From the NCBI GenBank assembly GCA_016203445.1, contig JACQMS010000011.1:2517-66516 (forward strand): a stretch of 64,000 nt of DNA, read 5' to 3'. Under the pieces are notes generated by a model. It was not told the origin of the DNA and did no database searches. It worked only from the letters and a program-made list of their open reading frames with translations. Of the stretch, positions 36,671 through 48,103 are shown one piece after another (within the stretch, counting starts at the first letter, position 1; every line of letters starts with the position of its first letter). The translations under genes and the position numbers were made by a program. Source of the DNA: Candidatus Woesearchaeota archaeon. Lineage in GTDB: Archaea; Nanobdellota; Nanobdellia; Woesearchaeales; ARS49.

Positions 36671-37386
36671 GAAAGCCTCAAAAAGAAATATGGAAAACTC
36701 TCAACGACGTGTTCGACATTTTCACAGAAAGAACAATACACTCGCTAATAACTAAAGGTGTTATAGACGGTTTAGAAAGCCCGTTAAGTATAGGAAAAGA
36801 ATCTAACGTTTTCACAGCAAAAAAGGGCAACGAGAAAGTTGCAGTAAAAATATACAGGTTACAAACAGCAGACTTCAACAAAATGTATTCATACATAAAA
36901 TCAGACCCGAGATTTTTAGAATTAAGACACCAAAGAAGAAAAATAATATTTGAGTGGTGCAAAAGAGAATACAAAAATTTGTTGATAGCAATAAGAGGAG
37001 AAGTAAGAGTACCACACCCCAAAGCGTTCGCAAACAACACTCTAGCAATGTCACTAATAGGAGGAGAAGCTCCAGCACCAAAATTAAGCGTTCAAAAACC
37101 GAAAAATCCTGAAGAATTCTACAAAAAAGTTTTAAGAGAAATGAAAAAATTATACGACGCAGGGCTTGTTCACGCAGACCTATCACAATTCAACATACTA
37201 AACTATGACGAGAATCCGGTGCTAATAGATTTATCACACGCCACAACGTTCAAAGACCCAAATGCTGAAGAATGGCTGAGAAGAGACTGCAAAAATGTTG
37301 CGAACTATTTCAAAAAAATAGGATTGAACATAACAGAAGAAGAAGTGCACAAAGAAATAGTTGGAAATTCCAAAAAAAATGATTAA
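36667..37386 (+). CDS. RIO-type atypical Ser/Thr kinase (Rio1-like)
   Basis: ESNVFTAKKG…VAVKIYR, LVHADLSQFNIL, and 239-aa length. 4-nt overlap with the upstream gene. Confidence 0.8.
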   Translation: MRKPQKEIWKTLNDVFDIFTERTIHSLITKGVIDGLESPLSIGKESNVFTAKKGNEKVAVKIYRLQTADFNKMYSYIKSDPRFLELRHQRRKIIFEWCKREYKNLLIAIRGEVRVPHPKAFANNTLAMSLIGGEAPAPKLSVQKPKNPEEFYKKVLREMKKLYDAGLVHADLSQFNILNYDENPVLIDLSHATTFKDPNAEEWLRRDCKNVANYFKKIGLNITEEEVHKEIVGNSKKND

Positions 37387-38507
37387 GGCAACCAGCTCTT
37401 AGGATTCTCCAATTTCTGAGGCAGATAATCACTCATAACATAATTCAAACCATGAGCCGCCAAAGCCTGCTGTTCCGCCCTCTTCTTCAATTTAATAATG
37501 TCGTGAAGCGCTTGCTGCCACTCCTTGTAATGTTTTACAAAAGGATCATTCTTTAACCCATCTTCAACCCTTTTTATATCTATATCTTTTAGTGGGTGTG
37601 TTGGTAGTTTGTATTCAGTGATATCTTTTGCGGTGATTCCTATAAAGTGTGCTTGTGGAACGCAAAAATATTTGTTCAAATGTGCAGCATTGCCCGATCC
37701 AACTTTTAGAGTTCTATAAATGTTTAGCCAACCATAAGGATCTCCATCATCAAAAACTAGCACTGGAATTTTTTTATCATCAGCAAGCCGTCTAATAAAA
37801 CGTCTTGTTGCTCTCGTAGGAACTCCTCCCATGCTTACAAGAATACAATTCTTCTTCTTCCAATAAGCGTGCTTTACAAGCCTAGAATACATACCCTGAG
37901 TTTCAATAGCCAAAATAAATTCCGCCCTGGTTTCAAACTTCAACTGCTCAACACTCGAAGGAACGCTATAAGAACCGCTACCAAACTTGGTACAATCAAT
38001 CTTAATCTCCTTACCAGTCTCAATATCTTCATCAATAACAGTTAATGCTCCAGCAACATCACCACCACGCTCATCAGGATAAAAACCCAACTGCTCCCTA
38101 TTAAAACCAAACAACGCCTCAATATCATCCATAACAGCATCACTCTCGGGCTGTTCAGAAAACCTGGCCTCCCCCCAATTTTTACTCTGATAATAAGCAT
38201 CCCTCTTAGTAGCCATATCATCAGTCTCAACAAGCAATTTTGAAAGCTCCATCATCCTCAAAGTTTGAGCAAAAGTTTTTATCGTATTAGCAGTCAAAGT
38301 CCTAGACTTTTTACCGCCAGCAAGCTCGAAATAACCATGCTTCTCGTCATAAGTAACATTAGACAAAGAACGCAAAGGAGTAGTAAGAGTTGGAAGCCTG
38401 CCACTCTTAACTGACTTGTATATATTCTCGGCCTCGTCACGAATCTTCTTAATAACCAAAGAACCATTATCAGTCTTCATTACCTTCACCATCCGCGCCA
38501 ATTTCAT
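37383..38507 (-). CDS. top6A: DNA topoisomerase VI subunit A (Spo11-like)
   Basis: CAP/winged-helix plus Toprim architecture and length. Overlaps top6B. Confidence 0.85.
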   Translation of the reverse strand: MKLARMVKVMKTDNGSLVIKKIRDEAENIYKSVKSGRLPTLTTPLRSLSNVTYDEKHGYFELAGGKKSRTLTANTIKTFAQTLRMMELSKLLVETDDMATKRDAYYQSKNWGEARFSEQPESDAVMDDIEALFGFNREQLGFYPDERGGDVAGALTVIDEDIETGKEIKIDCTKFGSGSYSVPSSVEQLKFETRAEFILAIETQGMYSRLVKHAYWKKKNCILVSMGGVPTRATRRFIRRLADDKKIPVLVFDDGDPYGWLNIYRTLKVGSGNAAHLNKYFCVPQAHFIGITAKDITEYKLPTHPLKDIDIKRVEDGLKNDPFVKHYKEWQQALHDIIKLKKRAEQQALAAHGLNYVMSDYLPQKLENPKSWLP

Positions 38508-40158
38508 CCTTACCTACACTTGCCAATTCTTCATCATACTCAGGATTATCAACATCAAACTTTTCTAAAACACCCCTCTTCTTCTCAAGAATTTCTTTAA
38601 GCTTCGAAGAAACAACAGACTCCTCTTTCTGGCTTATTCCCAACAAATTTTTCAAAGCGTTAGCAACATGAGGAAGATAAGTCTCAATATAACTCCTCTT
38701 CTTACCCTCGGCGCCAACACGCTCCTTCTTCCTAACATATTGAGCAAGCCTTCGAGCAACCTCTTGAATAGCGAGTTTCATCTCCTTAATAATTTCAGGA
38801 TAGTGGGCAATAGCCTCCTTAGCCTCAGAAGTGAAAGGAGGCCAAACGGAAGCTAGATGAACAACAATAGTTAAAGGAGCCTGAGGCAAAGAACCCTTAG
38901 TCTGAGGAATACCATACTGCTTCCAATTAGTCTGAGCAACAGCCTTAAAACTAGCACAACTACCCTGCTGGTACAACAAAGGAACCCTATTAGCATACCT
39001 CAACAATCTAGAAGATTCGTCCTTGGGCTGCTCGCCACCAAAAGCAACAGCACACTCCACGACGAAAGGAATGCCCCTATAAACTTCAGGAGCTCTAGTA
39101 ATAGAAGTATAAAATTCGGCATTAACCTCCTTCCTCAAACCCTTCTCCAACAATTCAGCGCCTATAGGAACAATACAATCAGTAGGAGGAGCCATAATTT
39201 TAGTATCACGAATAGCGGACATCATCTTCTCAACCTGAGGATGAGTAATATCTGAAGGCTTAGAATTATTAGGAATCGAAGACTTCACCAAAATCTCTTT
39301 AGCAACAAAAGGGCTAACCCTAGAAAATTCAGTAGTCAAAAATTGCTGCATAGTCCTAGACTGAGTATTCCTCAACAATTTCTGCATGATACCATGCTCG
39401 ACACCATAAGGGTGAGGCTTAATCTCCCTAGCCTCCGGAGGAAGAGTACTAGTAGCTCTCTGAAAAATAAATTGTTCAGCCCTAGGAGTAGTATAAGTTA
39501 TAGTAGCATGAGGATTAGTAATAGCAGTTTCACGAAGATACGCGTCAACACTCTGATCGCCCTTCTGATAAATAGCCTCAAAATCAAGCTCTATTTTAAC
39601 ACCACTAACCTTGCCAGACCATTCAACAACATCATCTTTAATTATTTGTGGCACATTTTTTTGAGTATCAATATGAAGCTCATAATAATGAGCAGGCTCA
39701 TCCTTGCCAGTCTTAGAAGTAATTCTAGCAGGACGACCAGTAGTAAGCTGAGCGTACAACACTGCCGCGCTAATACCTATACCCTGCTGGCCTCTCTGTT
39801 GGAGCATCCTGTGAAATTTAGAACCATACAACAATTTAGCAAAAACATTAGGAATATTTTTTTTCACAATACCCGGGCCATTATCCTCAACAATGGTTTT
39901 AAAACGATCATTGCCCATATCAATAATCTCAACAGAAATATCAGGCAAAATTTTGGCCTCCTCACAAGCATCAATAGAATTATCAACAGCCTCTTTCACG
40001 ACTGTTAACAAAGCTTTTCTTTTATTATCAAAGCCAAGAAGGTGGCGATTCCTCTCAAAAAATTCTGCAACGCTAATATCCCTCTGCTTCTGAGCCAATT
40101 GTTCAGCAACAGTACTCATATTACAAACGCCTCTCTTTTCACAACATAAAACAACCAT
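38470..40158 (-). CDS. top6B: DNA topoisomerase VI subunit B (GHKL ATPase)
   Basis: Bergerat-fold motifs ([31 protein letters not shown]), 562 aa. Confidence 0.85.
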   Translation of the reverse strand: MVVLCCEKRGVCNMSTVAEQLAQKQRDISVAEFFERNRHLLGFDNKRKALLTVVKEAVDNSIDACEEAKILPDISVEIIDMGNDRFKTIVEDNGPGIVKKNIPNVFAKLLYGSKFHRMLQQRGQQGIGISAAVLYAQLTTGRPARITSKTGKDEPAHYYELHIDTQKNVPQIIKDDVVEWSGKVSGVKIELDFEAIYQKGDQSVDAYLRETAITNPHATITYTTPRAEQFIFQRATSTLPPEAREIKPHPYGVEHGIMQKLLRNTQSRTMQQFLTTEFSRVSPFVAKEILVKSSIPNNSKPSDITHPQVEKMMSAIRDTKIMAPPTDCIVPIGAELLEKGLRKEVNAEFYTSITRAPEVYRGIPFVVECAVAFGGEQPKDESSRLLRYANRVPLLYQQGSCASFKAVAQTNWKQYGIPQTKGSLPQAPLTIVVHLASVWPPFTSEAKEAIAHYPEIIKEMKLAIQEVARRLAQYVRKKERVGAEGKKRSYIETYLPHVANALKNLLGISQKEESVVSSKLKEILEKKRGVLEKFDVDNPEYDEELASVGKDEIGADGEGNED

Positions 40159-40166
40159 AATTTACA

Positions 40167-40712
40167 TTAAAAAGTTACCGGCCGTTTCATAAACCTGTTG
40201 CGCCTTTCAATCTTTTTATAAACGTTTCCATGCCTACTGCCCGCAAGCAATGATTCAACAGCTCTCCTAGCAACACTAATATCCTCAACATATCCTATAA
40301 TACTGATGGTTTTACCATAAACACACAAACTAGTCTTAGTAAGCTCCTCAATAGTCCTGCGAGCCTTGCCATCCTGACCAATAATCCTGCCCTTCAACCT
40401 CTCTAAATCATTAGGATTCCTAGAATAATCCTGAAGGTTCAAAACTTCCAAACTATAATCCTGTTTTATTAACTGCTGAGCAATATCAGGATTAAAACCT
40501 CTAGCGATAGCTCGAACAATCTCCCTAGTCTGATAAAGAAGCAAAGTATCAGAACCAGTAATAACAATCTCCCCAGAATCAGAATCAACATTAATCCTAG
40601 TCGTAGTCAAAGATTCCAATGCCCTCTTTGTAGAACCATCCTTACCAATAATAACTGCGACACGCTCCCTAGGAATTTTAAGATCATACCTGAATTCTTG
40701 AATGTCCTGCAT
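40167..40712 (-). CDS. Tandem KH-domain RNA-binding protein (aDim2/Pno1-like)
   Basis: Two KH-like segments, IIGKDGSTKRAL and IIGQDGKARRTIE (GxxG). Confidence 0.7.
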   Translation of the reverse strand: MQDIQEFRYDLKIPRERVAVIIGKDGSTKRALESLTTTRINVDSDSGEIVITGSDTLLLYQTREIVRAIARGFNPDIAQQLIKQDYSLEVLNLQDYSRNPNDLERLKGRIIGQDGKARRTIEELTKTSLCVYGKTISIIGYVEDISVARRAVESLLAGSRHGNVYKKIERRNRFMKRPVTF

Positions 40713-40752
40713 AAAACAGTGGTTAAAGCATCTTTTTTAAATGTAGTGCTAT

Positions 40753-41124
40753 GTGTTTCACAGAAACATAATCCCTACAAAACATACACAAATAATAGTA
40801 GTAATGTTTATAAACGACCTGCTCGCCCTTCGCAATATGAGGGGCAGATACAAGAACAGAACGTTCAAGAGGAAAAGAATAACACTACCTGGAGGAAGAA
40901 GAACAATACATTACGGCAGAGGAAAAACGGGCAAAGCAGAATGCGCAGACTGCGGAACAACACTTAAAGGAACAGTCAGAGGTTTTCCATCACAAATACA
41001 AAAAATGTCGAAAACGGAAAGAAGACCAGAAAGACCTTACGGCGGAGTACTGTGCTCAAAATGCACAAGAACAAGAATGATTGAGAAAGCTCAAGAAATA
41101 GCTAAACAAATAACAGGTGAATAA
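40753..41124 (+). CDS. rpl34e: Ribosomal protein L34e
   Basis: …RRTIHYGRGKTGKAECADCGTTLKG… zinc-ribbon-like pattern typical of eL34. Confidence 0.7.
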   Translation: MFHRNIIPTKHTQIIVVMFINDLLALRNMRGRYKNRTFKRKRITLPGGRRTIHYGRGKTGKAECADCGTTLKGTVRGFPSQIQKMSKTERRPERPYGGVLCSKCTRTRMIEKAQEIAKQITGE

Positions 41125-41440
41125 AATGTTCGAGATAGGATCATTATGCTTAAAGATAGCTGGCAGAGACTCCGGAGGAAAGTGTGTAGTAATAAAACAC
41201 GTAGACGAACACCATGTGATGATAGACGGGGAAACAAGAAGGAGAAAGTGCAACAAGCAACACTTAGAACCACTGGGAAAAACAATTGACATAAAAGAAA
41301 ACGCGCTCCATGAGGATGTAATTCAAGCATTCAAAATAATGAATATCACAATAAAAACAACTAAGAGTAAAGAGAAAACTACAAAGCCTAAAAATATTAA
41401 GAGAAAAAAGAGCACAGAAAAGGCGAAGAAAAATGAGTGA
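41117..41440 (+). CDS. rpl14e: Ribosomal protein L14e (KOW domain)
   Basis: MFEIGSLCLKIAGRDSGGKCVVIK… KOW motif followed by a K-rich tail. Confidence 0.7.
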   Translation: MNKMFEIGSLCLKIAGRDSGGKCVVIKHVDEHHVMIDGETRRRKCNKQHLEPLGKTIDIKENALHEDVIQAFKIMNITIKTTKSKEKTTKPKNIKRKKSTEKAKKNE

Positions 41441-41515
41441 TGAAATAAAAACTTAACAAAAAAGAAATCGTTCTCGCAAAGTTGTTAAATTCTAATAAAT
41501 ACTGATTTCTACACT

Positions 41516-43168
41516 TTATTTATTCATAGCTTCAGACAGCAAAGTAATATTAAGCTCTGCAGCAACAACAGACAGTTCCAAACCAAAAGAACTCAAAACT
41601 TGAGGGTGAATCTCTCCAATAAAAGCTATTTTCGTGCCATTAACACTAATGCTAGCAACTCTGCCCTGAATAAAACTCTTATGCTCACACTCCTCATAAA
41701 CAGGAACGACACCAATACCACGAAAAATAAAGTCGAAAACCTGCTTCAGCTCGGTAAAGTCAACATTAGTATGACTAGAAGCGAAAGCAATCCTCTCATA
41801 CTCTTTAACATCATCATCATTCCTGACAACAACAACACCTTCCTCAAACAATTTTTGAGGATAAACATTATGCTTATTCTTAGAAAGAATTTCCAACAAT
41901 TGAGGAATAATCCAAGTCCTCAACATAGAATAATTGGCACTCGAATAATTCTTAACTTTTACAGAGCCAAAATCGGGGCATCCCATTCTATCACTCATAA
42001 TCTCCTCTCCAGTAAGAAGCTGAGAAAAAGTTTCCTGAAAGCCTGCACCAACAGAAAGAAACCTCAAAGAATTAATCAAAGGCATCAAAGGAGTCATTCC
42101 GCCAACAGTGTAAGTAGTCATAGGCAAAGGTTTAATATTATCATAACCAGCAGATATCGCCAAGTCCTCAACAAGATCAACAGGATGTATTACATCAGCG
42201 CGATAAGAAGGCAACAAAACCTTTCCGGCAGAATAATCCAGCCTCATTTTTCTAAACGCATCCTTTTTTTCCTTTTCGGAAAAACTCCTGCCTAGAGTTC
42301 TCTCAATAACGTCCTCAGGAAGCTTAAAAGAAACGGGCGCAATTTTAGGAGCAATAACCTTTTTGCCCTCAAAAAATATTTTTCCGGGAATTATAACCCC
42401 GCCCCTCATAGAAAAAGAGTGAGCAAAAATAGACGAGACAACATTAACCAATTGATGATCAGTACCAGTAACTTCAAAAAATAATTCATCAACACCAGGC
42501 TCAACGGCTCCAAGATCTGAAGAATTAATAATAGGAGGAAAACTTAAAACATTCCTAGAAGAATCAACAAGCAAAGGATACTTCTTGAATCCAGAAATAA
42601 TTTTACCATACTCCAAACCTTTTGGGTGATTGTCCAAAATTTCCTGCAAGTTCAAATCTTCAAACATTCCCAAAGGAGTGAACCTAACACTTTTAGGCTG
42701 AACAGCCTTAAAAGTTACAGGAAAAGAAATTTTTCTCGAAGGATAAATCCCAACAGCAATTTTTTCGCGTTTCCTGCCGTAAACATCACAAATTTTTTCC
42801 TGCGACTGAATCAATTGAGCCAAAAATTCTTCGGTAACAACAATATTTTCAACCTTGAACGCAGAAATATACTGCCTAATACCACGAACACTCTTCTCAA
42901 CCCGGACCTCACAATACTTACCAGAAGTTTTAACAACAGGAATTCCTTCCTCAACTCCAAGAATTCCCTGAAGAAAAATAGCCAACCCCTCAACAGTCCA
43001 AAGATGAGGCTGATTAGTATCATTAAACTTAACAAGAATTTCATCACCAGAAAACCTTTCAAGCTCCGCCTTAGCAAATTTTAGAGACTCCTCAAACTGT
43101 TCCCTAGAAATTTTCTTCTTAATAAGAGAAGACAAATCTTTAAAAGAGTACATAAGAGTTGGCATCAT
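41516..43168 (-). CDS. pheT: Phenylalanyl-tRNA synthetase beta subunit (archaeal type)
   Basis: Length 550 aa, B3/4 and B5 domain layout. Immediately downstream of pheS with a 4-nt overlap. Confidence 0.85.
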   Translation of the reverse strand: MMPTLMYSFKDLSSLIKKKISREQFEESLKFAKAELERFSGDEILVKFNDTNQPHLWTVEGLAIFLQGILGVEEGIPVVKTSGKYCEVRVEKSVRGIRQYISAFKVENIVVTEEFLAQLIQSQEKICDVYGRKREKIAVGIYPSRKISFPVTFKAVQPKSVRFTPLGMFEDLNLQEILDNHPKGLEYGKIISGFKKYPLLVDSSRNVLSFPPIINSSDLGAVEPGVDELFFEVTGTDHQLVNVVSSIFAHSFSMRGGVIIPGKIFFEGKKVIAPKIAPVSFKLPEDVIERTLGRSFSEKEKKDAFRKMRLDYSAGKVLLPSYRADVIHPVDLVEDLAISAGYDNIKPLPMTTYTVGGMTPLMPLINSLRFLSVGAGFQETFSQLLTGEEIMSDRMGCPDFGSVKVKNYSSANYSMLRTWIIPQLLEILSKNKHNVYPQKLFEEGVVVVRNDDDVKEYERIAFASSHTNVDFTELKQVFDFIFRGIGVVPVYEECEHKSFIQGRVASISVNGTKIAFIGEIHPQVLSSFGLELSVVAAELNITLLSEAMNK

Positions 43169-44844
43169 AACACCTTTGAATTTCTCAAATAATCCAGATC
43201 CTGACTGAAAAGACTTCTTATATCAGTAATACCCAGCTTGAACATTCCAAGACGATCAATACCTAAACCCCAAGCCAGAACACTAACATTTCTTCCAAGC
43301 AAAGGACTAACAACCTCAGGCCTAAAAATACCCGCGCCACCAAGCTCAACCCATCCAAGAGTTGGATGCTTCGCGAACAATTCAGCACTAGGCTCGGTAA
43401 AAGGAAAATATCCAGGAACAATACGAACCTCCTCGACACCTGCAAACTCTCTAGCAAACATTTTCAAAAGACCAACAAGATGCCTCATATTCAAACCCTC
43501 CTCAATAACAATACCCTCTGTCTGATTAAAATCTGCAAGATGAGTAGCATCAATAACATCCTTCCTAAAAACTCTAGTAATACCAAAATATTTCCCGGGA
43601 ATTTTGAGATTGGAAGACGCCAAAATTCTGGAAGAACAAGAAGTTCCCTGACTCCTAAGAATAGTACTACAAGTCTTATCAACATTAAAAGAGTAATGCC
43701 AACCAGCAGATCCATCAACACCAGACTCATGAGCCTGCTTAACCCTCTTAACAATAGACTGATCCAAATTAATTTTTGACGGAAATTCAACGTAATAAAC
43801 ATCATGAATATCCCTGGCAGAATGAAATTGAGGCATGAACAACGCGTCCATGTTCCAAAATTCCGACTCAACAATAGGACCCGACATTTCCTGAAAGCCC
43901 AAACTAACAAATTTCTGCCTAACATCATCGAGAAAAGCCCTATACATTTGAACCTTACCAAAATTATTTTGAGGAACGCCAGCAGAAACATCATAACGCC
44001 TAAAAGTTTTACCACTCCATCCCCTGCTCTTCAAAAGAGAAGTAGTAACTCTATCAAGAATAGAATCATCCTTAACGCCCGCAGACAAAATATCCCTGCC
44101 CAAAGATTCCAAAAAAACGTGCTGAATCTTCAAAACATCAGACCTAAAATAATCCTTCCTCTTTCTCAACTGAGAATAAACGCGTTTCTCATCAACAGAA
44201 AGAGATTTAACATTCAAAGGAAAAACTTTATGAAGCAACAATTCCTCAGCAAAACCATTAGAAAGAATTGTTCGACCCCTATCAGTAATAGACAAAACAA
44301 GATTCTTATCCTTTTTCAAAGTAACGGCTGACAAAAATCTCAAAGCACCAAGCGCGGCATTAGCCTCATCCCTAGAAAGACCAGACTTTTTGCCCAACAA
44401 ACTCATAGGAATATCTTGAGAAGACAAAATATTCAACAATCTCCTCTCAGGAAGACCCTTAGAGGCAGCATCCGCGCCAATCTTTCCAAGAGATATTTGC
44501 TCAACAGATTCATGAGTAGTTCTAACAAGGCCCTTCTTCTCAAGCCATTGAACGGCCCTAGAAACCTCTACAGAAGACAAGCCAGTAACTTTTACAACAC
44601 CAGCAATAGAAGTCTGGCCCTCAAGAGCGGGAAGAACTGCGCGCTCCAACCTATGAAGCCCCTCAACAATTTTTTTATTGACGCCCCTAGGCGCTCCCGA
44701 GTTAACACCAGAAATACCAGCCCTCTTATCGGAAGAAAAACCTCGACCCATAATTACTCTACCATCCACAGCCACACCCTGACTCTTACGCCAAGGATTT
44801 TCATTGCCGGCGCGCCTAACAATCATTACATACCTACATTGCAA
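43165..44844 (-). CDS. pheS: Phenylalanyl-tRNA synthetase alpha subunit
   Basis: Class II core motifs (…FRPEVVSPLLG…, GLGIDRLGMF), N-terminal WH-like repeats. Confidence 0.9.
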   Translation of the reverse strand: MQCRYVMIVRRAGNENPWRKSQGVAVDGRVIMGRGFSSDKRAGISGVNSGAPRGVNKKIVEGLHRLERAVLPALEGQTSIAGVVKVTGLSSVEVSRAVQWLEKKGLVRTTHESVEQISLGKIGADAASKGLPERRLLNILSSQDIPMSLLGKKSGLSRDEANAALGALRFLSAVTLKKDKNLVLSITDRGRTILSNGFAEELLLHKVFPLNVKSLSVDEKRVYSQLRKRKDYFRSDVLKIQHVFLESLGRDILSAGVKDDSILDRVTTSLLKSRGWSGKTFRRYDVSAGVPQNNFGKVQMYRAFLDDVRQKFVSLGFQEMSGPIVESEFWNMDALFMPQFHSARDIHDVYYVEFPSKINLDQSIVKRVKQAHESGVDGSAGWHYSFNVDKTCSTILRSQGTSCSSRILASSNLKIPGKYFGITRVFRKDVIDATHLADFNQTEGIVIEEGLNMRHLVGLLKMFAREFAGVEEVRIVPGYFPFTEPSAELFAKHPTLGWVELGGAGIFRPEVVSPLLGRNVSVLAWGLGIDRLGMFKLGITDIRSLFSQDLDYLRNSKVL

Positions 44845-44865
44845 ACGAGAACCCCAAAAAAAAGT

Positions 44866-45675
44866 TCACTTTTGCGGTTTTTTCATTGCTTCCCACGCAA
44901 TGTCAAATAACTGCTCGAGAGACGATGCAAAAAAAGGAGTATTAACCCAAATACCAATATCATAAGTCGGGTGAACACTCTCATCATCCATAACCATAAA
45001 AATTATTTCCTGGCTGTCAACTATAACAAACCTAGACCTCGAGCTAGTATGCCTAACATCTGCAACACCAGCCAAATCTTTCGCAGCCTTCCTAGCCTCA
45101 TCAGTAACAAGAGGCGCGGCAATCCTAACATGAACTCCACGCTTCTTCAACTTTTCAAAAAGAGGCTTCAAGCCATCAACCTTCCTAACAAGACCCGAAG
45201 GAGTAGTCATAATGGTAACACTCTTATTGGCTCCGCGAATAGTCAGCTCCAAGTGAGAATACAAATTATGCCTGCCCCTCAAACTACCAGAAAGATCAGT
45301 AGGATCGACGAGCTCAACACCTTGAGTGTGCAAAGATTCCAACTCTTTAATAACATCAGTATTCCTCAAGGAATCCAATCTTTTAACAAAATCTTCAGCG
45401 TCCTTCTTAGTATTCTTCTTGACGCGCTCAACAACCTCAGTAGGAGGAACAGCGATATACTTTATGGGCTTGCCAAGCTTCATGACGACAAAACCCTTCT
45501 TCTCCAAACTCTCGAGAACATCATAACTTCTACTTCTAGGAACATTAGAGATGTCAGACAATTCACCAGCAGTAGAAACACCCCTTGACAACAAAGCAGT
45601 CCAAATCTTAACCTCATAAAGGTTCAATGAGAAATAGCGTCGAAGTTTGCTTAAGAGCTCCTCTTTGACTATCAT
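44866..45675 (-). CDS. TrmB-family transcriptional regulator
   Basis: N-terminal wHTH (LYEVKIWTALLSRGVSTAGELSDISNVPRSRSYDVLESLEKKGFV) plus a TrmB C-terminal domain. Confidence 0.75.
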   Translation of the reverse strand: MIVKEELLSKLRRYFSLNLYEVKIWTALLSRGVSTAGELSDISNVPRSRSYDVLESLEKKGFVVMKLGKPIKYIAVPPTEVVERVKKNTKKDAEDFVKRLDSLRNTDVIKELESLHTQGVELVDPTDLSGSLRGRHNLYSHLELTIRGANKSVTIMTTPSGLVRKVDGLKPLFEKLKKRGVHVRIAAPLVTDEARKAAKDLAGVADVRHTSSRSRFVIVDSQEIIFMVMDDESVHPTYDIGIWVNTPFFASSLEQLFDIAWEAMKKPQK

Positions 45676-45824
45676 GGTTCTTTCCTCCTCTTTTTACCCC
45701 TAAAAAAAATATTCACCAACTTTCAGTAGGGATAAGCCACCAATATAAAAACCTTCCTTTTTATTCAAGAAAATTCATTACTTTACAGTCAGTAGACAAA
45801 ACACTTAATTATAAGTTGATTCTA

Positions 45825-46904
45825 CTAATCTGACTTCCACCTAAGAAACGCGCCGATGCCACCAAGACCGTCAAGAATACTGCCACCCTCAAGCTCCGAA
45901 GAAACAATCATAATACTCCCATTAAAACTTTCAACAAGCGACAACAAATCCTCGACATCACGCCTCTTTTCCGCGCGGTCCTTAGAAATAATTTTTGTTG
46001 AAACAACAATTTTTTCGACCGCGCCCTGCTGAGCCAAAAATTTAACATTAACAAAACCATAAGAAGCCCTTCCGCCCTTATGAATAAGACTTAAAAAATT
46101 TTCAACAACAGACAACTCCTCACTAGCGCGAACGTCTCTAAGAACAGACTTCAAATCATCCTTCTTAAGAACTTCAAGAAGCCCGCGAACACCATCATCA
46201 GAACAAGTAGCAAAAACTGTTCTACTCTTCAAATCTTTGGGCAAGTGCTTAGAAAACTCGTCCTTCCAAAAACCAGGAGAGCCAACAACAATATTACTAA
46301 CACGGATAGTTTTCAACAAATCCTCCAATTTTTTAACAACCAAAGGAAAAAATTCCTTAAAAGAAACATTCTCATACTTTTTTTGAACATCACCACGAAG
46401 CTTCGCAAGAACAGAATACCCCCCACTATTAGTCAGTGCAAAAAGAGCAGAATCCCTATCAATAATAAGAATTAGAACAGGAACGACTCCGGACTTCAGA
46501 CAATCACTAAGAACAGACTCGTCAACAGGACCCCAATTCTTAATCACCGTCAAAACATCACCGATAGATGCAGTAATGGACTGATGACTGCCCTTAGGAA
46601 CATCATTATTATCATCACAAGTTACACCAGAAATTCTCAAAGAATTATCAGAAATATCAGACTTCAAAACGCTAAGAGTTGCAGTAAAAGTAGTCCTGAC
46701 AATATCAGAACCCTTAAGAACTTTTCTAGAAGCACGACCCACAACAATATCCCCCTCCTGCAAAATCCGGTGAATATACCAAAAATCTTCAGGAACGGTA
46801 AGCAACAATTTAGCAGAATTATGCTTCCTATCCCTAGCAAGAAGTTTCATAGACAAGCAATCAGTATAACATTTAAAAACATTTATATAATGTTTAGCCA
46901 ACAA
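45825..46904 (-). CDS. pelA: Pelota/Dom34 (mRNA surveillance factor)
   Basis: eRF1-like three-domain layout, 359 aa, no GGQ motif. Confidence 0.7.
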   Translation of the reverse strand: MLAKHYINVFKCYTDCLSMKLLARDRKHNSAKLLLTVPEDFWYIHRILQEGDIVVGRASRKVLKGSDIVRTTFTATLSVLKSDISDNSLRISGVTCDDNNDVPKGSHQSITASIGDVLTVIKNWGPVDESVLSDCLKSGVVPVLILIIDRDSALFALTNSGGYSVLAKLRGDVQKKYENVSFKEFFPLVVKKLEDLLKTIRVSNIVVGSPGFWKDEFSKHLPKDLKSRTVFATCSDDGVRGLLEVLKKDDLKSVLRDVRASEELSVVENFLSLIHKGGRASYGFVNVKFLAQQGAVEKIVVSTKIISKDRAEKRRDVEDLLSLVESFNGSIMIVSSELEGGSILDGLGGIGAFLRWKSD

Positions 46905-48028
46905 TGACCAAAATGACGTTCAAAAAGAGGAAGAATTCTCAAGCAACAGGAGCAACAATGCTGATACTTGTGCTCATAGGAATATTTCTGCTATTCGCAA
47001 TGGTGACAAATCCAGAAAAATTTCAAAACACTATGAGGGGAAGCGCACAAACGGCAGGAGTAATGAAAGAGTACACGATAGGAGTTCTACAAGGAGGAAC
47101 AAACGATGACAACACAAAAACAATCCAAGGGTTCACACTACAATCACTCCAAAACACTAAAGTACTGGCAAGATTTCCAGATGTCAGCGCAAGCAATGGA
47201 ATATTTAGAAGAAGCGACAATACAAAAACGTTTATGCTAGAAGACCCAAAAAACACAGACAACATATTCCTAAGTTTTACTGCAACAGAAAAAAAAGGAA
47301 CACTAGCAATAATACTTAACGACAACGCATTATTCAATGGGATTTTAGAAGAGACAAATCCAGCACCAATAAAAATACCTGCGCAATACATAAAAAAAGA
47401 CAACTCGCTAAAATTCTCAACAGAAAGCGGATTCCTGCAGAGCGCGGCGTACACACTAAAAGATGTATCATTAATAGGAACAGTAACAGATATAACGCCA
47501 CTGACGAAAAAATCAACATTCACAATAACTCAAGAAGAATACGAAATCACGACAGGAGCAACACTAAAATATTTCGCGAGATGCGATGAAGAAACAATAA
47601 TGGAAATAATTCTGAACAAAAATACAGTAAAAAATGGAACTATTACATGCGAAGAAGAAACAACAAACAATATACCAAAAAGCTCGCTAAAACAAGGAGC
47701 CAACACAATAACGTTCACGGCACAAAACAAGAACACCACAAAGATGAACAATATAAAAATAGAACTATCATCCACAAACACAAACAAGTTTGTAACAAGC
47801 TTCAACATACAAACAAGGCCAAGATCACTAAAATTAGAGTTAGAACTACCTGAACAAGGAGAAAAAATATTTAACGGAGTATTCAATGCAAAACCATTCC
47901 ATATAAGGACATCAGAATTCATAGGAATAATAGACCTAACTAATAGCACGACAACAGGAACAAACTATCTGGAAATAACCCCCGAAGGAACGGTCAACGT
48001 GCCAAAAGCAAGAATAAGAATCAGCTAA
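46904..48028 (+). CDS. N-terminally anchored extracellular protein (374 aa, Thr/Asn-rich)
   Basis: Basic N-terminus plus a hydrophobic helix (ATMLILVLIGIFLLFAMV). Remainder is hydrophilic and beta-rich. Confidence 0.5.
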   Translation: MTKMTFKKRKNSQATGATMLILVLIGIFLLFAMVTNPEKFQNTMRGSAQTAGVMKEYTIGVLQGGTNDDNTKTIQGFTLQSLQNTKVLARFPDVSASNGIFRRSDNTKTFMLEDPKNTDNIFLSFTATEKKGTLAIILNDNALFNGILEETNPAPIKIPAQYIKKDNSLKFSTESGFLQSAAYTLKDVSLIGTVTDITPLTKKSTFTITQEEYEITTGATLKYFARCDEETIMEIILNKNTVKNGTITCEEETTNNIPKSSLKQGANTITFTAQNKNTTKMNNIKIELSSTNTNKFVTSFNIQTRPRSLKLELELPEQGEKIFNGVFNAKPFHIRTSEFIGIIDLTNSTTTGTNYLEITPEGTVNVPKARIRIS

Positions 48029-48103
48029 ATGTTGACAGTTCGACAAAGCTTTAAAAAAGGCAGGTTCTTAAACAGGCAATAAAGCAAAAAAAGAGGAGTA
48101 CAA

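Noticed and set aside
41600-44910. Plus-strand ORFs (231, 152, 137, 175, 164 aa) across pheT/pheS
   Set aside because: These are antisense shadows of two well-conserved tRNA synthetase subunit genes, with low-complexity basic composition.
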